Positions 29,738 through 37,779 of a DNA stretch of 64,000 bases are shown piece by piece. Below the pieces are notes generated by a model that worked only from the letters and a program-made list of their open reading frames with translations, searched no databases and was not told the origin of the DNA. This stretch comes from Hyalangium minutum (GTDB lineage: Bacteria > Myxococcota > Myxococcia > Myxococcales > Myxococcaceae): the NCBI RefSeq assembly GCF_000737315.1, contig NZ_JMCB01000001.1, positions 868,001 through 932,000 of the forward strand. Direction: 5' to 3'. The position numbers were made by a program, and so were the translations under genes. The number at the start of each line of letters is the position of its first letter. The stretch's first letter is position 1.

Positions 29738-30118
29738 ATGCGCTTGCTCCTGAACATCCTGTGGGTCGTGCTCGGCGGCGGGTTCGTCATCTGGCTCGAG
29801 TACCTGCTCGGCGGGCTGCTGCTCTGCCTGACCGTCATCGGCATCCCGTTTGGGGTGCAGTGCTTCAAGATCGCGGGCGTGGGGCTGCTGCCGTTCGGCA
29901 AGGACATCCAGGACGCGCCGGGAGCCAGCGCCATTGGCTGCACGCTCAACGTCTTCTGGATCGTCATCGCCGGCATCTGGATCTTCCTGAGCCACATCGC
30001 GCTGGCGCTGTCGCTGGCGGTGACGATCATCGGCATCCCTTTCGCCATTCAACACGTGAAGCTCGCGATGCTCGCGCTCGCGCCCTTCGGAAAGATCGTG
30101 CGCGAGATGAAGGAATGA
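29738..30118 (+). CDS. YccF domain inner-membrane protein
   Basis: Duplicated LNILW...TVIGIPFG..CFK....PFG unit. Confidence 0.92.
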   Translation: MRLLLNILWVVLGGGFVIWLEYLLGGLLLCLTVIGIPFGVQCFKIAGVGLLPFGKDIQDAPGASAIGCTLNVFWIVIAGIWIFLSHIALALSLAVTIIGIPFAIQHVKLAMLALAPFGKIVREMKE

Positions 30119-30942
30119 CCATGCCCAGCCTCGAAGGAAAAGTCCTGTTCATCACCGGCGCCAGCCGTGGCATCGGCAAGGCCATTGCTCTGCGGGCCGC
30201 ACGTGACGGCGCGAAGATCGTCATCGCCGCGAAGACGGCCGAGCCCCACCCCAAGCTCCCCGGCACCATCTTCACCGCCGCTCAGGAGATCGAAGCCGCG
30301 GGCGGCAAGGCGCTCCCCCTCATGGTGGACATCCGCTCCGAGGAGCAGATTGCCCAGGCCGTCGCCAAGACGGTGGAGACGTTCGGGGGCATCGACATCT
30401 GCGTGAACAACGCCAGCGCCATCAGCCTCACGGGCACGCTCGAGACGCCGATGAAGCGCTTCGACTTGATGCACTCCATCAACATGCGCGGCACGTTCGC
30501 CACCTCGCAGGCCTGCCTCCCCCACCTGCTCCTGGCGAAGAACCCGCACATCCTCAACCTGTCGCCGCCGCTCAACATGTCGCCCAAGTGGTTCCAGAAC
30601 CACGTGGCCTACACCATGGCCAAGTACGGCATGAGCATGTGCGTGCTCGGCATGGCCGCCGAGTTCAAGGAGCAGGGCGTCGCTGTGAACGCGCTCTGGC
30701 CCCGGACCACGATCGCCACTGCGGCCATCAACATGGTCGGCGGCGAGGAGATGATGCGCCAGAGCCGCAAGCCGGAGATCATCGCGGACGCGGCCCACTC
30801 CATCCTCACCAGCGACAGCCGCACCTGCACCGGCAACTTCTTCATCGACGAGGACGTGCTGCGCGCGCACGGCGTCACTGACTTCGAGCAGTACGCCATG
30901 GAGAAGGGCGTAGAGCCCCTGCCGGACTACTTCCTGGACTGA
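30115..30942 (+). CDS. SDR oxidoreductase (HSDL2-like)
   Basis: TGASRGIG, NNASAI, HILNLSPP, YTMAKYGMS. Confidence 0.93.
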   Translation: MTMPSLEGKVLFITGASRGIGKAIALRAARDGAKIVIAAKTAEPHPKLPGTIFTAAQEIEAAGGKALPLMVDIRSEEQIAQAVAKTVETFGGIDICVNNASAISLTGTLETPMKRFDLMHSINMRGTFATSQACLPHLLLAKNPHILNLSPPLNMSPKWFQNHVAYTMAKYGMSMCVLGMAAEFKEQGVAVNALWPRTTIATAAINMVGGEEMMRQSRKPEIIADAAHSILTSDSRTCTGNFFIDEDVLRAHGVTDFEQYAMEKGVEPLPDYFLD

Positions 30943-31613
30943 GCGGCCGGCTCCACGGCCTCGGTGACATAGAGGATGTGCGGCGTGGTGTAGCCCCGAT
31001 CCAGTTCCACCACCTCGCGCATCCGGAAGCCCGCGTCGCTCAGCAGGGCTTCCGCGGTGGCGCGAGGCTCGAGCACCAGCCCGCCCCCCGCCTTCGTGCG
31101 GCCGAGCAGCGTCACCATCACCCACTCCTGCGCGAGGCACTTGTAGTGCTTCCAAGAGCCGTCTCCCTCCGCCTCCTTCAGGAGGAACCGCCCGCCGGGC
31201 TTCAGCAGGCTGCGCACCTGGCGGAGGAACTCCGGCCACTGTGCCCGGGGCAGCAGGTAGAGGACGTCGCAGACCACCGCAGCGTCAAACCCACCTGGGC
31301 GCTGCGCCCCGAGGCTCTCCACCGTGCCCACCTCGAAGTGAACATTGGGGAGCTTCCCGGCGGCCTCGGTGGCCCACTTCACCTTACGAGGATCGGGATC
31401 CACGCCGTGCACGGTGCGGCTCCCGTCCTCCAGAGCCATCATCGCGGAGAGCAGGCCGTGGCCACACCCCACGTCCGCGACGGTGGCGGCGGGAGGCACG
31501 CGCGAGGAGACAGCCTCCAGAGGCGCGGAGAAAGCGCGGGCGCGCACGTGGAAGCGCTCGGCGGGCGGCAGCGCCGAGAACTGCTGGAGCGTCCTCTCGG
31601 TCAGCGTGCTCAT
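30927..31613 (-). CDS. Class I SAM-dependent methyltransferase
   Basis: VADVGCGHG motif I, DVLY, LKPGGRF; ATG 31613 overlaps the upstream stop. Confidence 0.9.
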   Translation of the reverse strand: MSTLTERTLQQFSALPPAERFHVRARAFSAPLEAVSSRVPPAATVADVGCGHGLLSAMMALEDGSRTVHGVDPDPRKVKWATEAAGKLPNVHFEVGTVESLGAQRPGGFDAAVVCDVLYLLPRAQWPEFLRQVRSLLKPGGRFLLKEAEGDGSWKHYKCLAQEWVMVTLLGRTKAGGGLVLEPRATAEALLSDAGFRMREVVELDRGYTTPHILYVTEAVEPAAQSRK

Positions 31614-32743
31614 GAGACGTAGATCTCCCGGCCAAAGCACCAGGACAGGAAGACGAGGCCGACGGCGCTCACGGCCATGATTCCGCGCAACAGCCTCGGG
31701 CGCTCCTTCAGCAGCAGCGCCAGGGTGAGGAACAGCGGGAAGGCCGAGATGAGGTAGCGGGCCATGCCCATGAAGTCCTTGGTGGACAGCGCCGGCATCC
31801 CCACGACGGCCAGCGTGAAGGCCGCGTAGCCCCACCCGAGCCGCTTGAAGGTGGGAATCACCAGGGCGAGACCCGTCAGGGTGAGCAGGGCATGGGTGAT
31901 GAGCCGCCCCTTGACCTCCCACGATTGACCCGGGTCGAAGACCGTCTGGAACCAGGTCACCTTGAACCAGGTGTGGGGGCCAGGAGATTGATCCCACCCG
32001 GGCGAGCCCTGTGTCTCCACGAAGGCGAACGGCGCGCCGAAGGACTCCTTGAGGAAGAGGATGTACGAGACGAAGCCGAGCGCGGAGAACACGGGCAGGA
32101 AGTCCCACGGGCTCCAGCGCTCGCCTCGCTCACGCTTCCACTCCAGCCGACGCACGAGCAGCCCCACCACCACCGCGGGCGCCACGGGCCGTGCCGCCGT
32201 GGAGATCGCCGCCACCAGCACCGCAGGCAGCAGGTACCCCTTCTCCAACAAGAGGAAGGCGCTCACCACCAGCAGGACGAAGAGCGCGTCCGAGTACATG
32301 ACGCCGTACAAATAGAAGGTGAAGGGATACAGGGCGATCAGGAGTCCCGCCTGGAGCGCGGAGACCTCATCCGCCCGAGTCCGGGCCCAGAGCGTAAAGA
32401 GCACCATCGCCAGCGACCCGCACAAGAGCGTGACGAGGATCCCCGCGCCGTATACCGAGAGCCCCGTCTGCATGACTCCTCGGATGGCCAGCGGGTAGAG
32501 CGGGAAGAAGGCCACCGAGCTCTGCTTGCCGGGCGTATAGAAGTAGCCCTCCTCGGCAATGCTCTTGTACCAGCCCGAATCGAAGCCCACCCATCCCATA
32601 GAGTAGTAGTCGCCCAGGTGCAGGCCCGAGGTGTCGTGGTGCTTGCGGTAGAACCTCCACGCGCCCAGGCTGGCCGCCGCGCCACAGACGACGATGGCGA
32701 GCAGGACGACGAGCGCGACAGTGCGGGGAGCGGAGCGAGCCAT
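31610..32743 (-). CDS. GT-C integral membrane glycosyltransferase (PIG-V/Mannosyl_trans2-like)
   Basis: FDSGWYKSIAEEGY...VAFFPLYP, YSDALF, ARPV, RY motifs; many TM segments. Confidence 0.85.
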   Translation of the reverse strand: MARSAPRTVALVVLLAIVVCGAAASLGAWRFYRKHHDTSGLHLGDYYSMGWVGFDSGWYKSIAEEGYFYTPGKQSSVAFFPLYPLAIRGVMQTGLSVYGAGILVTLLCGSLAMVLFTLWARTRADEVSALQAGLLIALYPFTFYLYGVMYSDALFVLLVVSAFLLLEKGYLLPAVLVAAISTAARPVAPAVVVGLLVRRLEWKRERGERWSPWDFLPVFSALGFVSYILFLKESFGAPFAFVETQGSPGWDQSPGPHTWFKVTWFQTVFDPGQSWEVKGRLITHALLTLTGLALVIPTFKRLGWGYAAFTLAVVGMPALSTKDFMGMARYLISAFPLFLTLALLLKERPRLLRGIMAVSAVGLVFLSWCFGREIYVS

Positions 32744-32837
32744 GCGGGCGTGGCATCATCCAGCGCCCCGTCCGGGTCAAGCAGCTTCGTACGCCCCGAG
32801 CCAGGCGCGCTGGGCTCGGGGCGGGTCACGCGGTGCG

Positions 32838-35072
32838 TTAGCGCGAGTGGAACGTCTTGCCCGCGTTCACCACGTCCACCAGGTGGGGCGCCGGCGTGAA
32901 GCGCTCGCCGTACTTGTCTTGGTAGTGCTCCAGCCGCTTGAGCAGCACGGCTGGCGTCAGGCTGTCCGCGTATCGGAACGGGCCGCCCAGGAACGGCGGG
33001 AAGCCGAGGCCGAAGATGGCGCCCACATCCCCGTCCCTCGGGCTGCGGAGGATGCCCTCGCCCAGGCAGCGGATCGCCTCGTTCACCATCTGCAGGGCGC
33101 ACCGCTCGGCCATCTCGGTTCGGTCGAACTTCTTGCGATCCGCTCCACCCGGCAGCAGCCCGTAGACGGAGGCATCCACCTCCTTCTTCTTCCCGGTGTA
33201 CGTGTAGAAGCCCTTCTGGTTCTTCCGGCCCAGGCGCCCGTCCTGGATGACCTTGTCGAGCGTCTTCGGCGCCGCCAGCCGCTTGCCGAACGCGGCCTCC
33301 ATGATGGGCCCCACCTTATAAGCCACGTCGATGCCCACCTCGTCCAGCAGGGTGATGGGCCCCACGGGGAAGCCGAACTCCACCAGCGCCTTGTCCAGCT
33401 CCGCGATGTCCGCGCCCTCGGCGAGCAGGTACGCCGCCTCGTTCATGTACGGCGCGAGGATGCGCGAGGTGTAGAAGCCCACCCCGTCATTGACGACGAT
33501 GACCGTCTTGCCCTGCTTCCGACCCACCTCCACGCAGGTGGCCGTCACCCAGTCCGCCGTGCCCTTGTGGGTGATGATCTCCAGCAGCGGCATCTTGTGC
33601 ACCGGGCTGAAGTAATGCATCCCGATCACCTGCTCGGGACGCTTGCTGCCCTTGGCCAGCTCGGTGATGGGCAGGCTGGAGGTGTTGGACGCGAAGATGC
33701 AGTCCTCGCGCGTGACGGCCTCCGTCTCGGCGATGACGCGGTGCTTGAGCTTCAGGTCCTCGAACACAGCCTCGATGACGAGATCCACGTTCTTGAAGCC
33801 GCTGTAGTCCGTGCCCGCGGTGATGAGCGCCTGCTTCGCCGCCGCCTCGCGCCACGTGAGCGAGCGCCGCTTCACGCGTTCATCCAACACACTCTGTACC
33901 TGCTTGAGCGCGCGGCCCACGCCCGCGTCGTCCTTGTCCTTCACGCGCACGGGGACGCCCTGGAGCGCCGCGGACACGTAGGCGATGCCGCCGCCCATGA
34001 GCCCGCCGCCCAGCACGCCGATCTTCTTCACCTCGCGCGGCATCACGCTGGGGTCGGAGGTGCCGTTCTCCTTCTTGAGCGCCGTGGTGGCGAAGAAGAT
34101 CTCCACCAGCCGCTTGGAGACATCTGACACCACCAGTTCGCCGAAGAGGCGCGCCTCGGTCTCCAGGCCCGCCTTGCGGCCGGACTCCACGCCCACGCGG
34201 ATGGCCTCCAGCGCCTTCTCCGGCGCGGGGTACTTGCCGCGCGTCTTCTTCAGGAGCAGCTTGCGCGCCTGATCGAAGAGCAGCTTGCGGCCCAGCGGGT
34301 TGGCCTCGAGCGCCACCTCGGACCAGAGCGCCTTATCGGCCAGACGCTGGAGCATGCCCGCGAGGCCCTTCTTCGACTGTGCGGCCACGGCCTTGAGGCG
34401 CTGGCCGTGCGGGCGCTCCACCTTCAGCGCTCCGGCCGACAGCTCCCGGGCGCGCTGCAGGGCAATGGAGCGCAGGATGGGTACTGGCACCACCTCGTCC
34501 ACCAACCCGAGCCGCTTCGCCTTCGAGGGCTTCACCGTCTTCCCGGCGAGGATCAAATCGAGCGCCGCCTGGATGCCGATGAGCGCCGGAAGCCGCTGGG
34601 TGCCGCCCGCGCCCGGCAGCAGGCCGAGCTGCGTCTCGGGCAGGCCGAGCTGCGTCTTCGGGCTGTCCGTGGCGATGCGGTAGTCACACGCCAGCGCCCA
34701 CTCCAGGCCGCCGCCGAGACACGCGCCATGGATGGCCGCCACCACCGGCTTGGGGAAGGCGTCCAGCCGGTCAAAGCCCTCCTGGCCCTTGCGGGAGATC
34801 TCGGTGGCCTCGGCCGCCGTCTTGATGGTCTGCAGGAAGTCGATCTTCGCCCCAGCGACGAAGGTGTCCTTCTTGCCGGAGGTGAAGACCACGGCCTTCA
34901 CGTTGGGATCCGCCTCCGCGTGTCCGAGCAGCTTCTCGAACGCCGTACCGGTCTCGGGAGAGAGCGTGTTCACCGCCTCGCCCTGCTGATCGATGGTGAT
35001 GACGGCCACACCATCCTCGACCGAGTACGTGAAGCCCTGCTGTGCCTCGAGCTCTTCCAGTTTGATGGCCAT
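32838..35072 (-). CDS. fadJ: Fatty acid oxidation complex alpha subunit
   Basis: Enoyl-CoA hydratase (FVAGAKI, CLGGGLE, PETQLGLLPGAGGTQRL) plus 3-hydroxyacyl-CoA dehydrogenase (GGGLMGGGIA, SNTSS, HYFSPV). Confidence 0.95.
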   Translation of the reverse strand: MAIKLEELEAQQGFTYSVEDGVAVITIDQQGEAVNTLSPETGTAFEKLLGHAEADPNVKAVVFTSGKKDTFVAGAKIDFLQTIKTAAEATEISRKGQEGFDRLDAFPKPVVAAIHGACLGGGLEWALACDYRIATDSPKTQLGLPETQLGLLPGAGGTQRLPALIGIQAALDLILAGKTVKPSKAKRLGLVDEVVPVPILRSIALQRARELSAGALKVERPHGQRLKAVAAQSKKGLAGMLQRLADKALWSEVALEANPLGRKLLFDQARKLLLKKTRGKYPAPEKALEAIRVGVESGRKAGLETEARLFGELVVSDVSKRLVEIFFATTALKKENGTSDPSVMPREVKKIGVLGGGLMGGGIAYVSAALQGVPVRVKDKDDAGVGRALKQVQSVLDERVKRRSLTWREAAAKQALITAGTDYSGFKNVDLVIEAVFEDLKLKHRVIAETEAVTREDCIFASNTSSLPITELAKGSKRPEQVIGMHYFSPVHKMPLLEIITHKGTADWVTATCVEVGRKQGKTVIVVNDGVGFYTSRILAPYMNEAAYLLAEGADIAELDKALVEFGFPVGPITLLDEVGIDVAYKVGPIMEAAFGKRLAAPKTLDKVIQDGRLGRKNQKGFYTYTGKKKEVDASVYGLLPGGADRKKFDRTEMAERCALQMVNEAIRCLGEGILRSPRDGDVGAIFGLGFPPFLGGPFRYADSLTPAVLLKRLEHYQDKYGERFTPAPHLVDVVNAGKTFHSR

Positions 35073-36367
35073 TACGCACGCTCCAGGACCACGGCGGCCC
35101 CGAGGCCACCCGCGGCGCAGACGGTGCACAGCACCGTGTTCTTGTTCCGGCGCTTCAGTTCATGGAGGGCCTGCGTGACGATGCGCGCGCCCGTGGCCCC
35201 GAAGGGGTGGCCCAGGGAGATAGAGCCGCCGTTCACGTTGAGCCGGTCGCGATCCACCTCGCCCACCGGGGCGCTCCAGCCGGCCTTCTTGGCGAAGGCG
35301 GGCGAGGCGAGCGCCTGAAGGTTGCTGGCCACCTGAGCGGCGAAGGCCTCGTGCATCTCCACGAGATCAATGTCCGCCAGCGTCATGCCCGCGCGCTGCA
35401 GGGCGATAGGCGCCGCGTAGGCCGGGCCCTGCAGGAGCTGATCGGCCGGGTCGGTAGCGGCGTAGGCATGGGCGCGCAGGAAGCCGAGCGGCTCGTAGCC
35501 GAGCGCCCGGGCCTTCTCCTCGCTCATGAGCAGCAGGGCGGCGGCGCCGTCCGTGAGCGGCGAGGCGTTGCCAGCGGTGATGGTGCCGTACTTGCGGTCG
35601 AACACCGGCTTGAGTTGGCCGAGCGCCTCCAGGGTGGTGTCCTCGCGGACGATGTTGTCCTTGGCCGCCACGTCCTCGTACTGGGGTGGGACGACGACGT
35701 GCATCACCTCGCTGTCGAAGCAGCCCTCCTTCCAGGCGCGAGCGGCGTTGTGGTGCGAGGCCAGGGCGATGCGGTCCTGCTCCTCGCGGGAGATGCCGTT
35801 CTCCTTGGCCATCTTCTCGGCGCTCTCGCCCATGGTCTGGCCGGTGGAGTACTCGGCGATGGAGGGGGGCACCGGCAGCAGGTCCTTCGCCTTGAGCTTC
35901 TGGAAGGGCCGGAGCTTCTCCGGAAGGCTCTTGGCCTTGGAGGCGGCCACCAGGGCATGGGCCAGGGGACGGCTGGTGAAGATGGGGGCGTCCGACATGG
36001 ACTCGGTGCCGCCCGCGATGACGACGTCCGCCTCACCCACGGCGATGGCGTTGGCCGCCGTCGTCATGGCCTGAATGGAAGTGGCGCAGGCGCGCGCCAC
36101 GGTGAAGGCCTCGATCTTCCGAGGCAGACCGGCGGCGATCACCACCTCCCGGGCGATGGACGGGGCCGTGAGCGTGGGGATGACCTGCCCGAAGACCAGC
36201 TGGTTGATCTCGTTCGGGTCGAGCTCGGCACGCTGCACCAGTTCCTGGACGACGAGCTTGCCCAGGTCCAGCGCGGTGAGCTTCCCAAAGACGCTGCCCG
36301 CCTTCACAAAGGGGGTCCGCAGTCCGCGGACGATGGCCACCCTGCGATGACCGTTGCTCTGAGCCAT
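35072..36367 (-). CDS. fadI: Acetyl-CoA C-acyltransferase (thiolase)
   Basis: RACATS, NASPLTDGA, HEAFA, GHPFGATG, CAAGG; TAATG overlap with fadJ. Confidence 0.95.
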   Translation of the reverse strand: MAQSNGHRRVAIVRGLRTPFVKAGSVFGKLTALDLGKLVVQELVQRAELDPNEINQLVFGQVIPTLTAPSIAREVVIAAGLPRKIEAFTVARACATSIQAMTTAANAIAVGEADVVIAGGTESMSDAPIFTSRPLAHALVAASKAKSLPEKLRPFQKLKAKDLLPVPPSIAEYSTGQTMGESAEKMAKENGISREEQDRIALASHHNAARAWKEGCFDSEVMHVVVPPQYEDVAAKDNIVREDTTLEALGQLKPVFDRKYGTITAGNASPLTDGAAALLLMSEEKARALGYEPLGFLRAHAYAATDPADQLLQGPAYAAPIALQRAGMTLADIDLVEMHEAFAAQVASNLQALASPAFAKKAGWSAPVGEVDRDRLNVNGGSISLGHPFGATGARIVTQALHELKRRNKNTVLCTVCAAGGLGAAVVLERA

Positions 36368-36433
36368 GTGCCTCACCTCCTGACAGCGAGTGAGGCACTT
36401 GTAACGACCCCTAATGCACCGCGTCAACGAGAA

Positions 36434-36449
36434 TTGATTTGAAAGTCAA
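36434..36449. promoter_or_regulatory. Near-palindromic putative operator upstream of fadI
   Basis: TTGATTT-GA-AAGTCAA in an AT-rich patch about 70 bp upstream of the fadI start. Confidence 0.45.
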
Positions 36450-36534
36450 CCGGTGGACGCCCTGCTGGGCTGCCCGGGTGCTGGGGCTGCGAGCCCTCGG
36501 GAGGAAAGCGATTCAGGAACGGGAGAAGCGCGGG

Positions 36535-37584
36535 CTACCGCTGGGGCGTGGTGCCCTGACGAAGCGCGATGCCGTGGCGGTGCACCGCCTCCACCAGGAA
36601 CTTCGCCGCGTCCGGATCCGTGGGAGGCAGAATGCCATGGCCCAGGTTGAAGATGTGCCCCAGGGGCCCCGCCCGGTTCAGGATGTCCACCACCCGCGCC
36701 TCGAGCTCCTCGCGCGGCAGGAACAGGTGCAGCGGATCCAGGTTCCCCTGCACCGCCACGTCCGGCCCCAGCACCTTCCGAGCCTGGTCCATCTCGATCC
36801 GCCAGTCCTGGCCGATCACGTCCGCCCCCGTGCGCTTGAGCAGCGGCAGGTGCGTGGACATGCCCGTGCCGAAGAGAATCACCGGCACGCCCGTGGCCTG
36901 AAGCTCCTTCACCATGCGCGTCAGGTACGGGAGGCTGAAGCGCTCGAAGTCGTACGCCCCCAGCTCGCCGCCCCACGAGTCGAAGATCTGGACGATCTTC
37001 GCCCCCGCCTCCACCTGCATCTTCAGGTACGGGATGAGCGTGTCCGTCAGCTTCTGGAACAGCGTGTGCGCCAGCTTCGGCTGCTCGAACAGCAGCCGCT
37101 TGATGAGGATGTAGCTCTTCGAGCCGCCGCCCTCGACCATGTACGCCGCCAGCGTGAACGGCGCCCCCGCGAACCCAATCACCGGCACCGAGTCATTCAG
37201 CGCCTTGCGCGTCCTGCGGATGGCCTCGGCCACGAAGCCCGTGCTCTGCACCGGATCCGGCACCCCCAGCCGCTCGATGTCCGACGCCGTGCGCACCGGG
37301 TTCGGGAAGTGCGGGCCCTTGTCCCCCAGCTCCAGCGCGATCCCCATCGCCTCCACCGGAATCAGGATGTCCGAGAAGATGATCGCCGCGTCCACCCCGA
37401 GCCGCGTGATGGGCTGCACCGTCACCTCGGCCGCCAGGTCCGGGTGCTTGCACAGGTCCAGGAACGCGATGTTGCCGCGGATGGCCCGGTACTCGGGCAG
37501 GTAGCGCCCCGCCTGACGCATCAGCCAAATCGGGGTGGTGTCCGTGGGCTGGCGACGCGCCGCCTTCAAGAGTCTGTCGTTCAT
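36535..37584 (-). CDS. hemE: Uroporphyrinogen decarboxylase
   Basis: PIWLMRQAGRYLPEY, IIFSDIL, GFAGAPFTL, VQGNLDP, FNLGHG. Confidence 0.97.
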   Translation of the reverse strand: MNDRLLKAARRQPTDTTPIWLMRQAGRYLPEYRAIRGNIAFLDLCKHPDLAAEVTVQPITRLGVDAAIIFSDILIPVEAMGIALELGDKGPHFPNPVRTASDIERLGVPDPVQSTGFVAEAIRRTRKALNDSVPVIGFAGAPFTLAAYMVEGGGSKSYILIKRLLFEQPKLAHTLFQKLTDTLIPYLKMQVEAGAKIVQIFDSWGGELGAYDFERFSLPYLTRMVKELQATGVPVILFGTGMSTHLPLLKRTGADVIGQDWRIEMDQARKVLGPDVAVQGNLDPLHLFLPREELEARVVDILNRAGPLGHIFNLGHGILPPTDPDAAKFLVEAVHRHGIALRQGTTPQR

Positions 37585-37779
37585 GGAGGAGCCCTCCGGC
37601 GCCACCGGGCGCCGTCTCTCCCCGCCCATACCGGACTTCCGCCCGGATGTCCTGCCTCTCGCGCCCCTCCATGCTCCAAATGACGAGGGCCGGACCCACC
37701 GTCTCGGTGAGCCCGGCCCCAGTACACGAAAGGCCACGGCCACCCGCGCCGTAACCCTCCGAACCGTGTCAGCCCTTCC

